Origin: Nitrososphaerales archaeon
GTDB taxonomy: Archaea; Thermoproteota; Nitrososphaeria; Nitrososphaerales; UBA213
Assembly: GCA_965197925.1 (NCBI GenBank)
Contig: CBDAOC010000020.1
Location: 320,001-384,000 of the forward strand
Length of the DNA stretch: 64,000 nt
Direction: 5' to 3'
Under the pieces are notes generated by a model, which was not told where the DNA came from, searched no databases, and saw only the letters and a program-made list of their open reading frames with translations. Below, piece by piece: positions 20,659-31,230 of this stretch (position 1 is the first letter of the stretch; every line of letters starts with the position of its first letter). The translations under genes were made by a program, and so were the position numbers.

Positions 20659-21440
20659 TCAATCCCCAAGAAATCTCAATAAAATTCTGGAAAAGCTCTC
20701 TGGCTTTTCAAAATAGGGGGTATGCCCACAATCTTCCATTATTACCAGTTTTGAACCTCTTAGCTTTGAATGAAATTGCCTTGCATATTCGAGTGGGATT
20801 AGAGTATCTTTCTTACCCCAAACAATAAGAGATGGTACCATGATTCTAGTTAGCCTATCCACCAAGATTGGAGCTGATTTGTTACTGATCAAATAAATGC
20901 ATACTTGGCATTCGGCAGCTGCATTCTGTTAACAAAATCCCTGGTGTAGATCTCGTTCACACTCCTCGCGCCTCCCATCTCTTGGAAAGCTTTTTTTGCA
21001 TTTTCAAATGTAGGATACATTGCGGCTGCAATATAGTGGTTCAACGCTGGGGTCGGTTCTTTCATTATACCTGCGGGGCAGATCAGAACAAGCTTCTCTA
21101 CCAACTCGCGGTGGGTTGTGGCCGTTTCTATTGCTATATGACCTCCGAGCGAAGCACCCATCAGTATGAAACTCTTCATTTTCAATTTTTCAGCAAATTT
21201 TTTCACGAAATTCACGAAAAATTCTACAGTATAATACACATCTGGCTTATCACTATAGCCAAAACCCACTAAATCGGGAGCAACTACATGATATTCTTTT
21301 GTTAGAAAAGGCATAACTTTTTCCCATCTGCCAGCTGAAGCCCCCAGACCATGCAGGCAGATTATATGCTTTTTGGTAAGAATTCCGTCTTCTATATATC
21401 TCACACGAAATCCGCCAACGGTAATAAAATTCTGCTTCAT
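20659..21440 (-). pseudogene. Alpha/beta hydrolase split by a frameshift near 20890
   Basis: HGLG, PDLVGFG and GASLGG in ORF 20889-21440; WGKKDTLIP and CGHTP in ORF 20659-20892. Confidence 0.82.
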
Positions 21441-21578
21441 ACCAACTCTGTTGATGTATTATTTCATTTTATAAACTCTCTTTGTACACACCAATTATTC
21501 AATTGAAATCTATATGAGTTCGGTTAATTATTACGGGAAGAGCCATATCTTGACAATAGGGGTAGAACTAACAACTTG

Positions 21579-22115
21579 CTAGTCTGTTAACTGTATGTAG
21601 TTCTCAATTATGTTAATAAAAGCATCACTCATCATCGTGAGAAGTGGTGGCACAAAATCCTTCGAGGCAGATTCGTTAGTCCACTGAACTGTCTTTACTT
21701 GATTTCCTTGATTTATCTCGAGTGTATATCTTGTGAATTCATTAACCTCACTCTTAGCAAATTCAGATTTTGGTATTTGCATGAAGCCGGTATCTTTTAT
21801 CAAACCCTCCAACCTCCTGATATCCTGCGAACTTAGCTGAAACCTAGTCTGGAACCCCTTCTCCCCCTCAACTCTTAAATCGTAAAATGCTTGCCCCTTC
21901 TCATCTATTAATAATGTCTCACTTCTGAGTGCCCCAACCCTTTCCGTCACTCCATAGATGATGCGCTTCATATCTTCCATTATGAATTTAATCCTAATGA
22001 CTGATGTTGTTGATGTTTGATCTCCACCAGGAAATATTTTAGGAATGGCAATCCCGAGAGCAATAATCATAGGTATCACGGCGGAAATTATTAGCAATTT
22101 TTTGGTTACGATCAA
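21579..22115 (-). CDS. Hypothetical protein with N-terminal membrane anchor
   Basis: 178-aa ORF with hydrophobic N-terminus. Confidence 0.7.
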   Translation of the reverse strand: MIVTKKLLIISAVIPMIIALGIAIPKIFPGGDQTSTTSVIRIKFIMEDMKRIIYGVTERVGALRSETLLIDEKGQAFYDLRVEGEKGFQTRFQLSSQDIRRLEGLIKDTGFMQIPKSEFAKSEVNEFTRYTLEINQGNQVKTVQWTNESASKDFVPPLLTMMSDAFINIIENYIQLTD

Positions 22116-22154
22116 CCTAGATAAAACCTATTTTAGTTATTGATATACGTTGCA

Positions 22155-24083
22155 TCAATCCACGACGCTCTTTCTAGTATAGTTCAGCAGTCCACCCTCT
22201 GTCAATATCTTACGTTGCCTTTCTGAAAAATCAATCTTAAGTTCAATAGCATCTCCATTAACTGATGCTATTATAGATTTACTTCCTCCAGATATTATGT
22301 TTACTACGTCATCCAATTGTATCACATTCCCTTGCTGCAATTTCTGATGATCTACTCCTTTTACAAACTCGAAGGGTATGATTCCAAAATTAATCAGATT
22401 TGCTCTATGTATTCTAGCAAATGATTTTGCAAATACACCCTTTACGCCAAGGTACATGGGTGCTAGTGCAGCATGTTCTCTACTAGAACCTTGTCCATAG
22501 TTGTCTCCTGCAACAATGAAACCACCATTCTTTTCTACAGCTCTCTTAGCAAAGTCCGGATCTAGCCAGTAAAAAACATATTTACTTATTTCAGGTATGT
22601 TACTTCTCAAAGGCAAAATCTTGGCACCTGCAGGCATGATTGCATCTGTGCTTACGTTGTCATCAACTTTAATCAAAACTTCACCTTGTAAGGTTACTTC
22701 CAAAGGATTTCGCAATGGCAATGGTTTGATATTTGGCCCTCTAATTATCTCAACATTGGTGGGACCATTTGGTGGGGATAGTATTCCAGAATCATCTATT
22801 ACAAAGTGATCTGGCCATGGAATTTCCGGATACTCTCCTAGATCCCTCGGATCTACTAATTTGCCGGTAATAGCGCATGCAATACAGACTTCAGGGCTTG
22901 TAAGATATACCTTATCATTCTTTGTTCCACTCCTTCCTGGCCAATTCCTGTTAAATGATCGTACAGAGACCCAATCTGTCCCTGGTGCAGAGCCCATGCC
23001 TATACATCCATGACATCCAGGTTCCAATAATCTTCCCCCCGCAGAAATGATATTACTAATAGCTCCGTCTCTAGATACCATCTCCAAAACTTGTTTTGAT
23101 CCAGGATTAATTGCCATCGTAATATTGGGATGTATCTTTCTGTCTTTGAGTAAATGTGCGGCTGTCATCAATTCCTGGTAATTGGAATTGGTACATGAAC
23201 CTATGAGCACTTGCTGAACCTCTATGCCCTGGACATCCCTTACTTTCTTGATATTATCTGGAGACCCAGGGCAAGCTACCAAAGGCTCCAATTCACTCAA
23301 ATTAATCTCCATCTTCTCGTCGTACTGTGCGTCAGGAACAGTGGGAAAGGGCTTCCAGTTTTGTTCTCTACTTTGCCTTCGGAAATAGTCCCTTGTATTT
23401 TCATCGGAAGGGAATATAGATGTAGTAGCACCAAGCTCAGCACCCATATTGCATATAGTTCCTCTTTCAGGAACTGATAATGATTTCACACCATCCCCAT
23501 AATACTCGAAGACCTTGTTAACTCCACCCCTAACCGTAAGCGTACGCAGCATTTCTAGTATAACATCCTTTGCAGTAACCCATGGTCTCAATTGTCCAGT
23601 GAGCTTAACTCCAACTATCTTGGGCATCTTAGTGTAAAATGGTGCACCTCCCATTGCTACTGCAACATCCAAGCCACCAACACCTATTGCAAGCATTCCA
23701 GCACCACCAGCTGTGGGAGTATGGCTGTCAGACCCCAGTAGTATTTTTCCTGGTGTAGAAAATCTTTCAAGGTTCACTTGGTGGCATATGCCATTGCCTG
23801 GCTTAGAAAAGTGTATACCATACTTCATGGCGAACGTTTCTAAAAATTTATGATCATCAGGATTTTCAAATCCTATTTGGAGAATATTATGATCGACATA
23901 GATAACCGCATGCTCTGCCTTTATTCTGGGCATCCCAAGTGCTTCGAATTGCAGGCATGCCATAGTTCCTGTTGCATCTTGCATGAGTACTCTGTCTACT
24001 TTAATCCCAATCTCATTTCCTACTTCCATCTTACCATCAACTAAATGCGATTCGATTATTGTGTGTGCCAACGATTTTCCCAT
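22155..24083 (-). CDS. Aconitate hydratase
   Basis: QDATG, DH, GICHQV, DSHT, IGSCTN, C..CIG, NYGQGSSREHA. Confidence 0.93.
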   Translation of the reverse strand: MGKSLAHTIIESHLVDGKMEVGNEIGIKVDRVLMQDATGTMACLQFEALGMPRIKAEHAVIYVDHNILQIGFENPDDHKFLETFAMKYGIHFSKPGNGICHQVNLERFSTPGKILLGSDSHTPTAGGAGMLAIGVGGLDVAVAMGGAPFYTKMPKIVGVKLTGQLRPWVTAKDVILEMLRTLTVRGGVNKVFEYYGDGVKSLSVPERGTICNMGAELGATTSIFPSDENTRDYFRRQSREQNWKPFPTVPDAQYDEKMEINLSELEPLVACPGSPDNIKKVRDVQGIEVQQVLIGSCTNSNYQELMTAAHLLKDRKIHPNITMAINPGSKQVLEMVSRDGAISNIISAGGRLLEPGCHGCIGMGSAPGTDWVSVRSFNRNWPGRSGTKNDKVYLTSPEVCIACAITGKLVDPRDLGEYPEIPWPDHFVIDDSGILSPPNGPTNVEIIRGPNIKPLPLRNPLEVTLQGEVLIKVDDNVSTDAIMPAGAKILPLRSNIPEISKYVFYWLDPDFAKRAVEKNGGFIVAGDNYGQGSSREHAALAPMYLGVKGVFAKSFARIHRANLINFGIIPFEFVKGVDHQKLQQGNVIQLDDVVNIISGGSKSIIASVNGDAIELKIDFSERQRKILTEGGLLNYTRKSVVD

Positions 24084-24089
24084 AATATA

Positions 24090-24392
24090 TTACCCCACCA
24101 CTTCATTCAGATCAATCTTCTCAGCAGATAGAATCGCAGAACATTTAGGGCATGTTCTTGGTGGAGTTCCTTCGACCTGGACCAAAAGAGTTCCATCTGT
24201 AGGACATTTGTTGTCAAAATGGCTATCGTGAACATTTGCAGTAAGAAGGATGTTCTCCCGCTTACATACAAAAAGTCTATAGTAGGCAAAATCTTCATTA
24301 AGATCGGTAAATGTCTGCGTGAGGTCGTATGGTCCCAACGCTAGCTTCTTCTCATAAAGACATTTACTACATTTAACATACCAAATATCCAT
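24090..24392 (-). CDS. Small Zn-ribbon protein
   Basis: CSKC, C, CPTD and CPKC motifs. Confidence 0.7.
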   Translation of the reverse strand: MDIWYVKCSKCLYEKKLALGPYDLTQTFTDLNEDFAYYRLFVCKRENILLTANVHDSHFDNKCPTDGTLLVQVEGTPPRTCPKCSAILSAEKIDLNEVVG

Positions 24393-24438
24393 TGAAGTAT
24401 AAGCGTGATTATTATTAATAGATGTTATCTTCTTAAGG

Positions 24439-25299
24439 TTACTTTAAGATTATTTTTACTTCTTCTAACCTATCAATTATTCCTTGCTTTACTTTAGGGG
24501 GAATCGTTTCAATTTTAATCTTGCCGCTACTTTCGCCTTTCTTCATTACTTCAAGGTCAAAATATACAGATATCCCTTCTTCTCCGACCATAAGTTTGTC
24601 AGCACCTATTAAGACAGGCTTAGTGCTGTAGACTACAACTGTCATTTTCTTAAGCTCTGCAACAAGCAGATCTCTCTTTTTAGTCATATTCAAATATTCA
24701 GGATTGGTTTTACCAACATCGTCGACTTTTTTTGTCAATTCGCTGTATAGTTGTTGATCATTAAACATAGTTGCTAGCATCTCTTCAAAACCAAGATTTG
24801 TAATATCTCTCTTGTTTAGCTCCTCCTGAACAATAGCATTTTCCTTGCCTTCTAATTCATCCTTAAGTGCAGAAACCTTCTCATCGAGTTCCATAATCTC
24901 GATCTGAATATCCTTTATCCTATTGTCGTACTTGTAAAATAGAAGGGCATGGTACTGTATACCAAAATAGCAGGACAAACTATAACTTTCAAAAAGTGTC
25001 CTAAATGACAAATGTAGCCTTCTCAGATCATCCGTATCTGTTCTATTAATTCCCTCTGATGACCAACCTGTCATTTTTTTTGCAAGCATCTCGTAAAACT
25101 TTGAAACTTTGCTAGGCTTAAAAGTATCACGTTGTAAAACCTTTGTATCGGCAAGCATTACATTTACCCTTTGGGGACGTATATTTTTTTCCATATTTTT
25201 AAGATAATTTTTACTCACAATACTATACAATTCGTTCAACTGTGTAGAAAATTTATCGGTAAGGTTATTTGGTATTCGCATTCTCGCTCTTACAAACAA
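24439..25299 (-). CDS. Hypothetical coiled-coil protein
   Basis: 286-aa ORF, co-oriented with neighbours. Confidence 0.7.
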   Translation of the reverse strand: MFVRARMRIPNNLTDKFSTQLNELYSIVSKNYLKNMEKNIRPQRVNVMLADTKVLQRDTFKPSKVSKFYEMLAKKMTGWSSEGINRTDTDDLRRLHLSFRTLFESYSLSCYFGIQYHALLFYKYDNRIKDIQIEIMELDEKVSALKDELEGKENAIVQEELNKRDITNLGFEEMLATMFNDQQLYSELTKKVDDVGKTNPEYLNMTKKRDLLVAELKKMTVVVYSTKPVLIGADKLMVGEEGISVYFDLEVMKKGESSGKIKIETIPPKVKQGIIDRLEEVKIILK

Positions 25300-25420
25300 C
25301 TCTTACAAATTCTTTTGCATAATCGGATCAAGTCAATTGAATTCTTGTAATGCTAGATGATTTATATTTAGAAGAAATATTTGTCCATAGAACCAAATTT
25401 TCCATTTACAAAATGCTTTT

Positions 25421-26182
25421 CTATATTTTTACAACAGCTAATTTAGGGGGTTTATCAATTGGGGATGCCTCTTGTTCAGCAATTATCCTAGCTAACCCAA
25501 CTGCTTCGGTGGGCGTTAATTGCTCTATACGCTTTTCTACGTCTACATTTCTGATCTTGTAATTCTTCGCAACACTACCAACCTTCTTACCTCTATACGA
25601 AAAAAGAAGATTTAATGCTTTAACCACACTACGATGAACCCTGTGTTTTTGAACAATTTTTAGCAATGCAGAATCAACTTTTGGTTGTGGATTGAATGAT
25701 TCCTTACCGACATGCATTATTATTTCAATGTTAAAACAGTACTGTGCAAGTGCTGAGACGGCTCTGTAGTTCTTGCCTTTTCTAGAAAGAATTTTAAAGG
25801 CAAATTCTTTTTGTACCATGATTACTCCTCTGTCAAAATTTCTCGTGGCGAGCCATTCAACTGCTGTTCTGCTTTTTGCATAGGGGAGGTTTGATACAAA
25901 TAATTCGAAACTACCATCAAACATAAAGCCGTTACCATGCAATAGTGTGAGATTATCATACTTTCTAAGGGAGAATTCTACTGCTGACAACAGGTCTTTG
26001 TCGGACTCGCATGATATTACTTTACTAGCTCTTTTACACAATTCGACAGTAACAAATCCATTACCTGTTCCTATTTCATATACTACCTCTTTCCCAATTT
26101 CCGCATTGTTAAGCATCATGTTTAGAACATTATTATCAATGAGGAAATGCTGCCCCAATAGTCTTCTCTTCCTTTTGTTCAT
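25421..26182 (-). CDS. rsmA: 16S rRNA adenine dimethyltransferase (RsmA/KsgA)
   Basis: LGQHFL, EIGTGNG, SNLPY, MVQKE, F.PQPKVDS. Confidence 0.93.
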   Translation of the reverse strand: MNKRKRRLLGQHFLIDNNVLNMMLNNAEIGKEVVYEIGTGNGFVTVELCKRASKVISCESDKDLLSAVEFSLRKYDNLTLLHGNGFMFDGSFELFVSNLPYAKSRTAVEWLATRNFDRGVIMVQKEFAFKILSRKGKNYRAVSALAQYCFNIEIIMHVGKESFNPQPKVDSALLKIVQKHRVHRSVVKALNLLFSYRGKKVGSVAKNYKIRNVDVEKRIEQLTPTEAVGLARIIAEQEASPIDKPPKLAVVKI

Positions 26183-26751
26183 CTTCTAACAAAAATATTC
26201 ATTCGTGCCCCACCAGATATCTCTTCAACTATTCTTCTTCCTACAAGCTTAGCAGGATCTCTTAATCCAATTCTACTCTGAAGATCATCAAAGCTCTCAA
26301 ATGTTTTCTTCTCCCTTTCCTGAAGTATACTCATAAGGTATGTCTTCCCAATTCCAGGTATTAGTTGAAGAGAATGTATTCTTGGATTTATTGGCTGGGC
26401 GTTGTTGAAATAATCAATAAACCGTTTTTCATTAGTTTTTACTATTTTTTCTATCGTTAATGGTAATTCACTCTTTGCTGTTACGGATATAGCGCTATAA
26501 TCCAACCTGCCTAACACACTGATTATTTTATCTCTACCATCCTTGCCTATATAGACACGTTCACCTAGATCAAAAGGCGCGTTCGGCACACTTAACAATT
26601 CTAACAGCGTTAATTGCTCTTCGCCAATTGCCTGCACAATAGTACCCTCCCTTCTCCTTATTGTGTTCGATCTACCTCTAATAGTGACATCAAGAACGTA
26701 TGCATATTCCTCATATTTCCTTGGCTGTCCAGTACTTTCCAATGAAAACAC
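26179..26751 (-). CDS. DUF655 family nucleic-acid-binding protein
   Basis: EEYAYVLD, QAIGE..LTLLEL, HSLQLIPGIGK; conserved archaeal rpl21e-rpo4-DUF655-rsmA order. Confidence 0.9.
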   Translation of the reverse strand: MFSLESTGQPRKYEEYAYVLDVTIRGRSNTIRRREGTIVQAIGEEQLTLLELLSVPNAPFDLGERVYIGKDGRDKIISVLGRLDYSAISVTAKSELPLTIEKIVKTNEKRFIDYFNNAQPINPRIHSLQLIPGIGKTYLMSILQEREKKTFESFDDLQSRIGLRDPAKLVGRRIVEEISGGARMNIFVRR

Positions 26752-26760
26752 TATCCGTCT

Positions 26761-27099
26761 TTACTGAACGTTCTCCTTAATTATCTCCAACATCTTTTCC
26801 AAAATATCGGTAAGTATGAGTTTCTTCCATCCAAAGGTAAATGCCCGTAGCTCTTCGATACTGGTTGGCATTATATTAATAATTTCTACTGCTTCCCTTT
26901 CGGTCAGACTACATTCCTGAATAAGTTTTTCTTTCATCTTTTTTGCCTTTTCGGGGTGAATCTCTGCAAACTTTGTTACGTAATCATGGGTCCATCTCTG
27001 TATCTGATCCATGGTTTCTGTGTTAGCATTGTCGAGGATTTCCTTCACCTCTGGTATACTAATGATAGTTTTCTTCAAAATGTCCGCCAATATAATCAC
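26761..27099 (-). CDS. rpo4: RNA polymerase subunit Rpo4 (RpoF)
   Basis: ISIPEVKEIL, AVEIINIMPTSIEELR; synteny. Confidence 0.9.
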   Translation of the reverse strand: MIILADILKKTIISIPEVKEILDNANTETMDQIQRWTHDYVTKFAEIHPEKAKKMKEKLIQECSLTEREAVEIINIMPTSIEELRAFTFGWKKLILTDILEKMLEIIKENVQ

Positions 27100-27386
27100 C
27101 CTAATGGCTTAACATGATTAAGCCTTGTAGTAACATTTTTTTCTTTATTCCCGATATTAACCCTAATTCCAATTGTCCTTCTTCCTACCTTATCCACAAT
27201 TCCAACTTTGCCCTGAAACCTCCTGTGGGGCATAGCCTTATGTTCGCTAGGATCTATGTATATTACAACCTTTTCACCAACCTTATAGTCATGAAGTAGA
27301 TATGAAATACCTCTAACAAAGTTTTTATGGAAAATATGTCTTGTTTTTCTCCTAATTCCACATGATTTTGGCAATTGTATCACCAT
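27096..27386 (-). CDS. rpl21e: 50S ribosomal protein L21e
   Basis: RRKTR, MPHRRFQGKVG, HVKP. Confidence 0.95.
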   Translation of the reverse strand: MVIQLPKSCGIRRKTRHIFHKNFVRGISYLLHDYKVGEKVVIYIDPSEHKAMPHRRFQGKVGIVDKVGRRTIGIRVNIGNKEKNVTTRLNHVKPLG

Positions 27387-27426
27387 TCCTTACTACCTCT
27401 TCAATTTAACAGTTATGTTTGCTTAC

Positions 27427-28425
27427 TTAGCTTTTACTCTTTCTAGATGATGCTTCTTCAGCATCTTCAACACCCCTATCAGTCAATCGGAAGATAACTT
27501 CACGTTCCGCATGATAAGGACTATCAACCATTCTTGCAATTCTATTCTTGCCAGATCTCTTAAGGTATATTCTATATGTACTTGTATGTGCCACCACATT
27601 TCCCCCTGTAGGTCTGATGGGATCACCGAAGTATGTATCGGGTGAAGCTTGGATCTGGTTCGTTACCACAGTAGCTACGTTATAGGTTTCTGCAATTCTT
27701 AGAAGCAAATGCATGAACTTATTCAACCTTTGTTGTCTCCCAGCAAGAGTTCCACGACCAAGAAATTCTGCACGATAATGTGCAACGGCAGAATCAACAA
27801 TTAATAATTTAGCTCCAGTGTTATCAATAATATTTCCAACATCTTCTATGATTAGTTCTTGATGTGCACTATTGTATGCTTTCGCAACAACTACATTTTC
27901 CAGAGCTTCATTTGGATCCAACTCTCTTGTTTCAGCGATATGATAAATACGTTCAGGTCTGAAAGTGCCCTCTGTATCTATGTATACGGCACCAGCCTCA
28001 AGCCCTCCTTTACCCTTTGATAGCTGAACCATCACACAGAGTGTATGAGAGATCTGTGTCTTGCCAGTACCATATTCTCCATAAATCTCTGTAATTGCCT
28101 GGGTTTCAATTCCACCTTCTAGTAGATCGTCAAGGCTAATAGTTCCAGTACTAATACGTTCTATAGACTGTCTCTTCTTATATATCTCGGTAGCAGTAAC
28201 AAAATCTTTCTCTAATTTTCCAAGTTTAACAAGTGTTGTTCTAGCTCTATTGCATATAGAACTAGCTCTGTCTACGTCCAAACCCGTTGCATCAGAAACA
28301 CCTATGGGACCCCTAACAAGAAGATCCATCATAGTATGGATACCAGCTTCCAACAATTTTTGCTTAGTTACAGGTCCAACACCTTCAATATTTTCTATCT
28401 CAAGACCTTCACTCATGCATAACAA
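27427..28425 (-). CDS. radA: DNA repair and recombination protein RadA
   Basis: N-terminal HhH, GEYGTGKTQ, YIDTEGTFRPERI, VDS, GGNVVAH. Confidence 0.95.
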   Translation of the reverse strand: MLCMSEGLEIENIEGVGPVTKQKLLEAGIHTMMDLLVRGPIGVSDATGLDVDRASSICNRARTTLVKLGKLEKDFVTATEIYKKRQSIERISTGTISLDDLLEGGIETQAITEIYGEYGTGKTQISHTLCVMVQLSKGKGGLEAGAVYIDTEGTFRPERIYHIAETRELDPNEALENVVVAKAYNSAHQELIIEDVGNIIDNTGAKLLIVDSAVAHYRAEFLGRGTLAGRQQRLNKFMHLLLRIAETYNVATVVTNQIQASPDTYFGDPIRPTGGNVVAHTSTYRIYLKRSGKNRIARMVDSPYHAEREVIFRLTDRGVEDAEEASSRKSKS

Positions 28426-28649
28426 TGTCTAAAACGATCTAATTAAGTATTGAAATGATAGGTACTTGAAAGAGTTGTCTATTGAAGTATTCTCACCCAT
28501 GATCATGGTTAATGAAGTAACCTTTACTGCCTACTATACCTGAACATCCATTTACAAGTTTGTATGTTGTGTTTTGCCGAGAAATATATTGCGAATATAA
28601 TCAGCTAAACTAATAAGCATTAATACTTTCGCACTTATTAGCTTAGAAA

Positions 28650-28826
28650 TTGGCCCCCAAGCGCACAACTATATCGCACAAATTATTAATAATTGGATTA
28701 GGGTTGGCATTCCTCGGCTTTCTAGTAGGATCTACTAGCAATTACTCATTAGTTGCAGGATTCATTTTCATCGCTGTTGTAATTTTAGGTGTCGTAGGAA
28801 TTATAAAGATGCGAAAATATAATTGA
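28650..28826 (+). CDS. Small 58-aa protein with two hydrophobic segments (not in the ORF track)
   Basis: TTG start; MAPKRTTISHKLLIIGLGLAFLGFLVGSTSNYSLVAGFIFIAVVILGVVGIIKMRKYN. Confidence 0.5.
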   Translation: MAPKRTTISHKLLIIGLGLAFLGFLVGSTSNYSLVAGFIFIAVVILGVVGIIKMRKYN

Positions 28827-28875
28827 AACCCTTCAATATTTAAGGTCTTATTTATTGCTCAGAAGAATAAAAGAC

Positions 28876-29742
28876 CAACTCATCTCAAAACCCTACAATA
28901 CATCAAAAATGATGCAAGATTAACAAATGCCAGGTAGTTTTCTGCCGTTCTTTCATACCTGATTCTTGTTCTGTGAAATCCATTCTTGAGCCATGCAAGG
29001 AATCTCTCAACTACAAATCTTGTCTTGTTGTAATGTTTGCAATCATTATTTTGCAAGATGAACTTGGAATTTATTTTGTATGGGATGCAACATGCAATAT
29101 TTCTATCCCACAAATACATTCTGATGTATTTTGCATCATTTTGTCTGCATAAACTGGTTCTATCTGTTGTATTGAATCATCAAGATAGTCTGAAATTGAT
29201 CCTGTAACATCCATGCATTTTGTACTGTCATGTTCATTTGCTGGACTCAGCAGTATGGATATTGGAAATCCGTTACCCTCTACTGCGGCATGTATTTTTG
29301 TACCTGTTATTCTCTTGAATCCATTATATCCAGTTACATTGCCCATTTTTTATCAGGAATGGATGAAGAGTCAGCTGATTTTTTTAGACTAATTTGCCAG
29401 ATTTATGTGCTGAGTGAATAGTACGTGATAGAATCTTTTTCCAGATTCCTTTTTGTTGCCATTTGTTTAACCCTCTGTTTGCAGTAGAATCATCACCATA
29501 TCTTTTTGGCATATCGTCCCATCGGCATCCAGTAGTTAGAACATGGATTATTCCGTTAATGATTTTTCTATCATAATCCCTAGGCCTGCCAGTTTTTGCA
29601 TGTGGTGGTATGTGTGATTCCATCATACTCCACTGTTTGTCTGATAATTCTTGGAATTTCATAAAATAATTTTAGATGTCGCTATTCATAGATCTAAATG
29701 GCCGCTAAAAATTGTCTAAATGGTTAGTTTTGAGATGAGTTG
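28876..29742 (-). mobile_element. Degenerate IS5-family element (IS427-group-like) with fragmented transposase
   Basis: 16-bp terminal inverted repeats CAACTCATCTCAAAAC (28876-28891 / 29727-29742); fragments LSDKQW...TGCRWDDMP, GTKIHAAV, VVERFLAWL. Confidence 0.88.
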
Positions 29743-30064
29743 ATCGTTGTATAATCTGTTTGTAAGTATATAAACAAGCAAAACAAGTTATTGCAATCTA
29801 ATCAAGACGAATCAGTTATGCGACAAGGTAATTTCTACTAATAGTTAACTATCAGATAGAATTTTAAGATAGGCTCTTAATTGTTTTCAAACACTAACAA
29901 ATTATCGAAATCTTCGGTCCTGTACCTATAAAAATTGATTATGTATAAAGAATAATAATTCTTCATAAAAAGAACCAAACAAAGCATTTCAATTTATAAA
30001 TTAGACTAATTATCTTTCTTATGTCTTTCAAAAGACTTACATTCCTGTAGAATTAAGTAAATTC

Positions 30065-30840
30065 ATGGCAGGAATCAAGACAACATACGTGATTGCAGCT
30101 GCGATATTTGCAGGGTTATCATTGGTAGCCTTGACGAACATCTTCTCAGATGAGATTGAAACTGAATTGACAAATGAATCAGAGGCATATGCTCAGTACA
30201 GTTCCCTAGTAGGGATTAGACAGAATATAATTACAGTATCAGGCTCTGCATCAACAGGGGGGATCCAAACCGAGTAGTTATAAGCTTCGGTCTTGAGACG
30301 CAAGGAACCACCGCCTCTCAAGCAACTGAAGATAACGCTCAGAAGATGGATGCTGTTGTTAATGCTGTAAAGGAGCTTGGGATTGATGATGACGAGATTA
30401 GCACATCGATGTTTTCGGTATCTCCAGTCTATGATAGAGACAGAAGATTCATCACTGGATATAGAACATCAAACATGCTTACTGTCAACACAGACCAATT
30501 AGATAAAGCAAGTCAGATAATCGATACTGTTGTAGCTGCTGGAGCAAACAGAGTGAATAATGTGTTCTTCACACTCTCCGACGATCTTAGAAAGAAAGTT
30601 AGTGACCAGTTGATCGGCGAGGTTGTGAATGATGCAAAGATGAAAGCTGAACTAGCGTTACAACCACTAGGCAAGGAAATATTAGGAGTCAAGAGTGTTA
30701 CACTGGAACATTTTGGAATACCCCAACCGGTATCATTTGAAAGAATTTCAATGACACCATCAGCAGAACCGGCGCCGACACCGATCTTTGAATCTGAGCA
30801 ACGAGTAACTATGAGTGTTAGTGTGATATTCTTGATCTAA
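30065..30840 (+). pseudogene. SIMPL/DUF541 family exported protein, frameshift at a G run near 30256
   Basis: Signal peptide and ITVSGSAS in ORF 30065-30277; AGANRVNNVFF, DAKMKAE and EQRVTMSVSV in ORF 30346-30840. Confidence 0.8.
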
Positions 30841-31230
30841 AAGTGGCAACAATTCAGAAAAATTCACCTCTTATTTTTTATGAATGAGTGAAGGATGTAA
30901 CATTAGGACATAAAATAATGAATTTAGTATCAACCATTGAATCTTTTGTTTTACTTGTTTCAATTATTGAAAAATAATTTGTAATGGTTGTTTAACTTTT
31001 TGTTGCCGTGTTTGGTTATATCTCTCCCATTACCAAAATATCAAGATCTTAAAGTTTAATCTTGACTTTTTCTGTTTGTTAACACACGGGGTTATTCATT
31101 TGAGTTGGATAATCTATAACTTGGTTAAATAAGAAATTTTTATTAATGCTTTCGATCCCTGATTTTTAGACGAGTATAAGAAAAATATTTTAGACATATA
31201 TAAGAAAAATACATATCATCAATAATCCTA

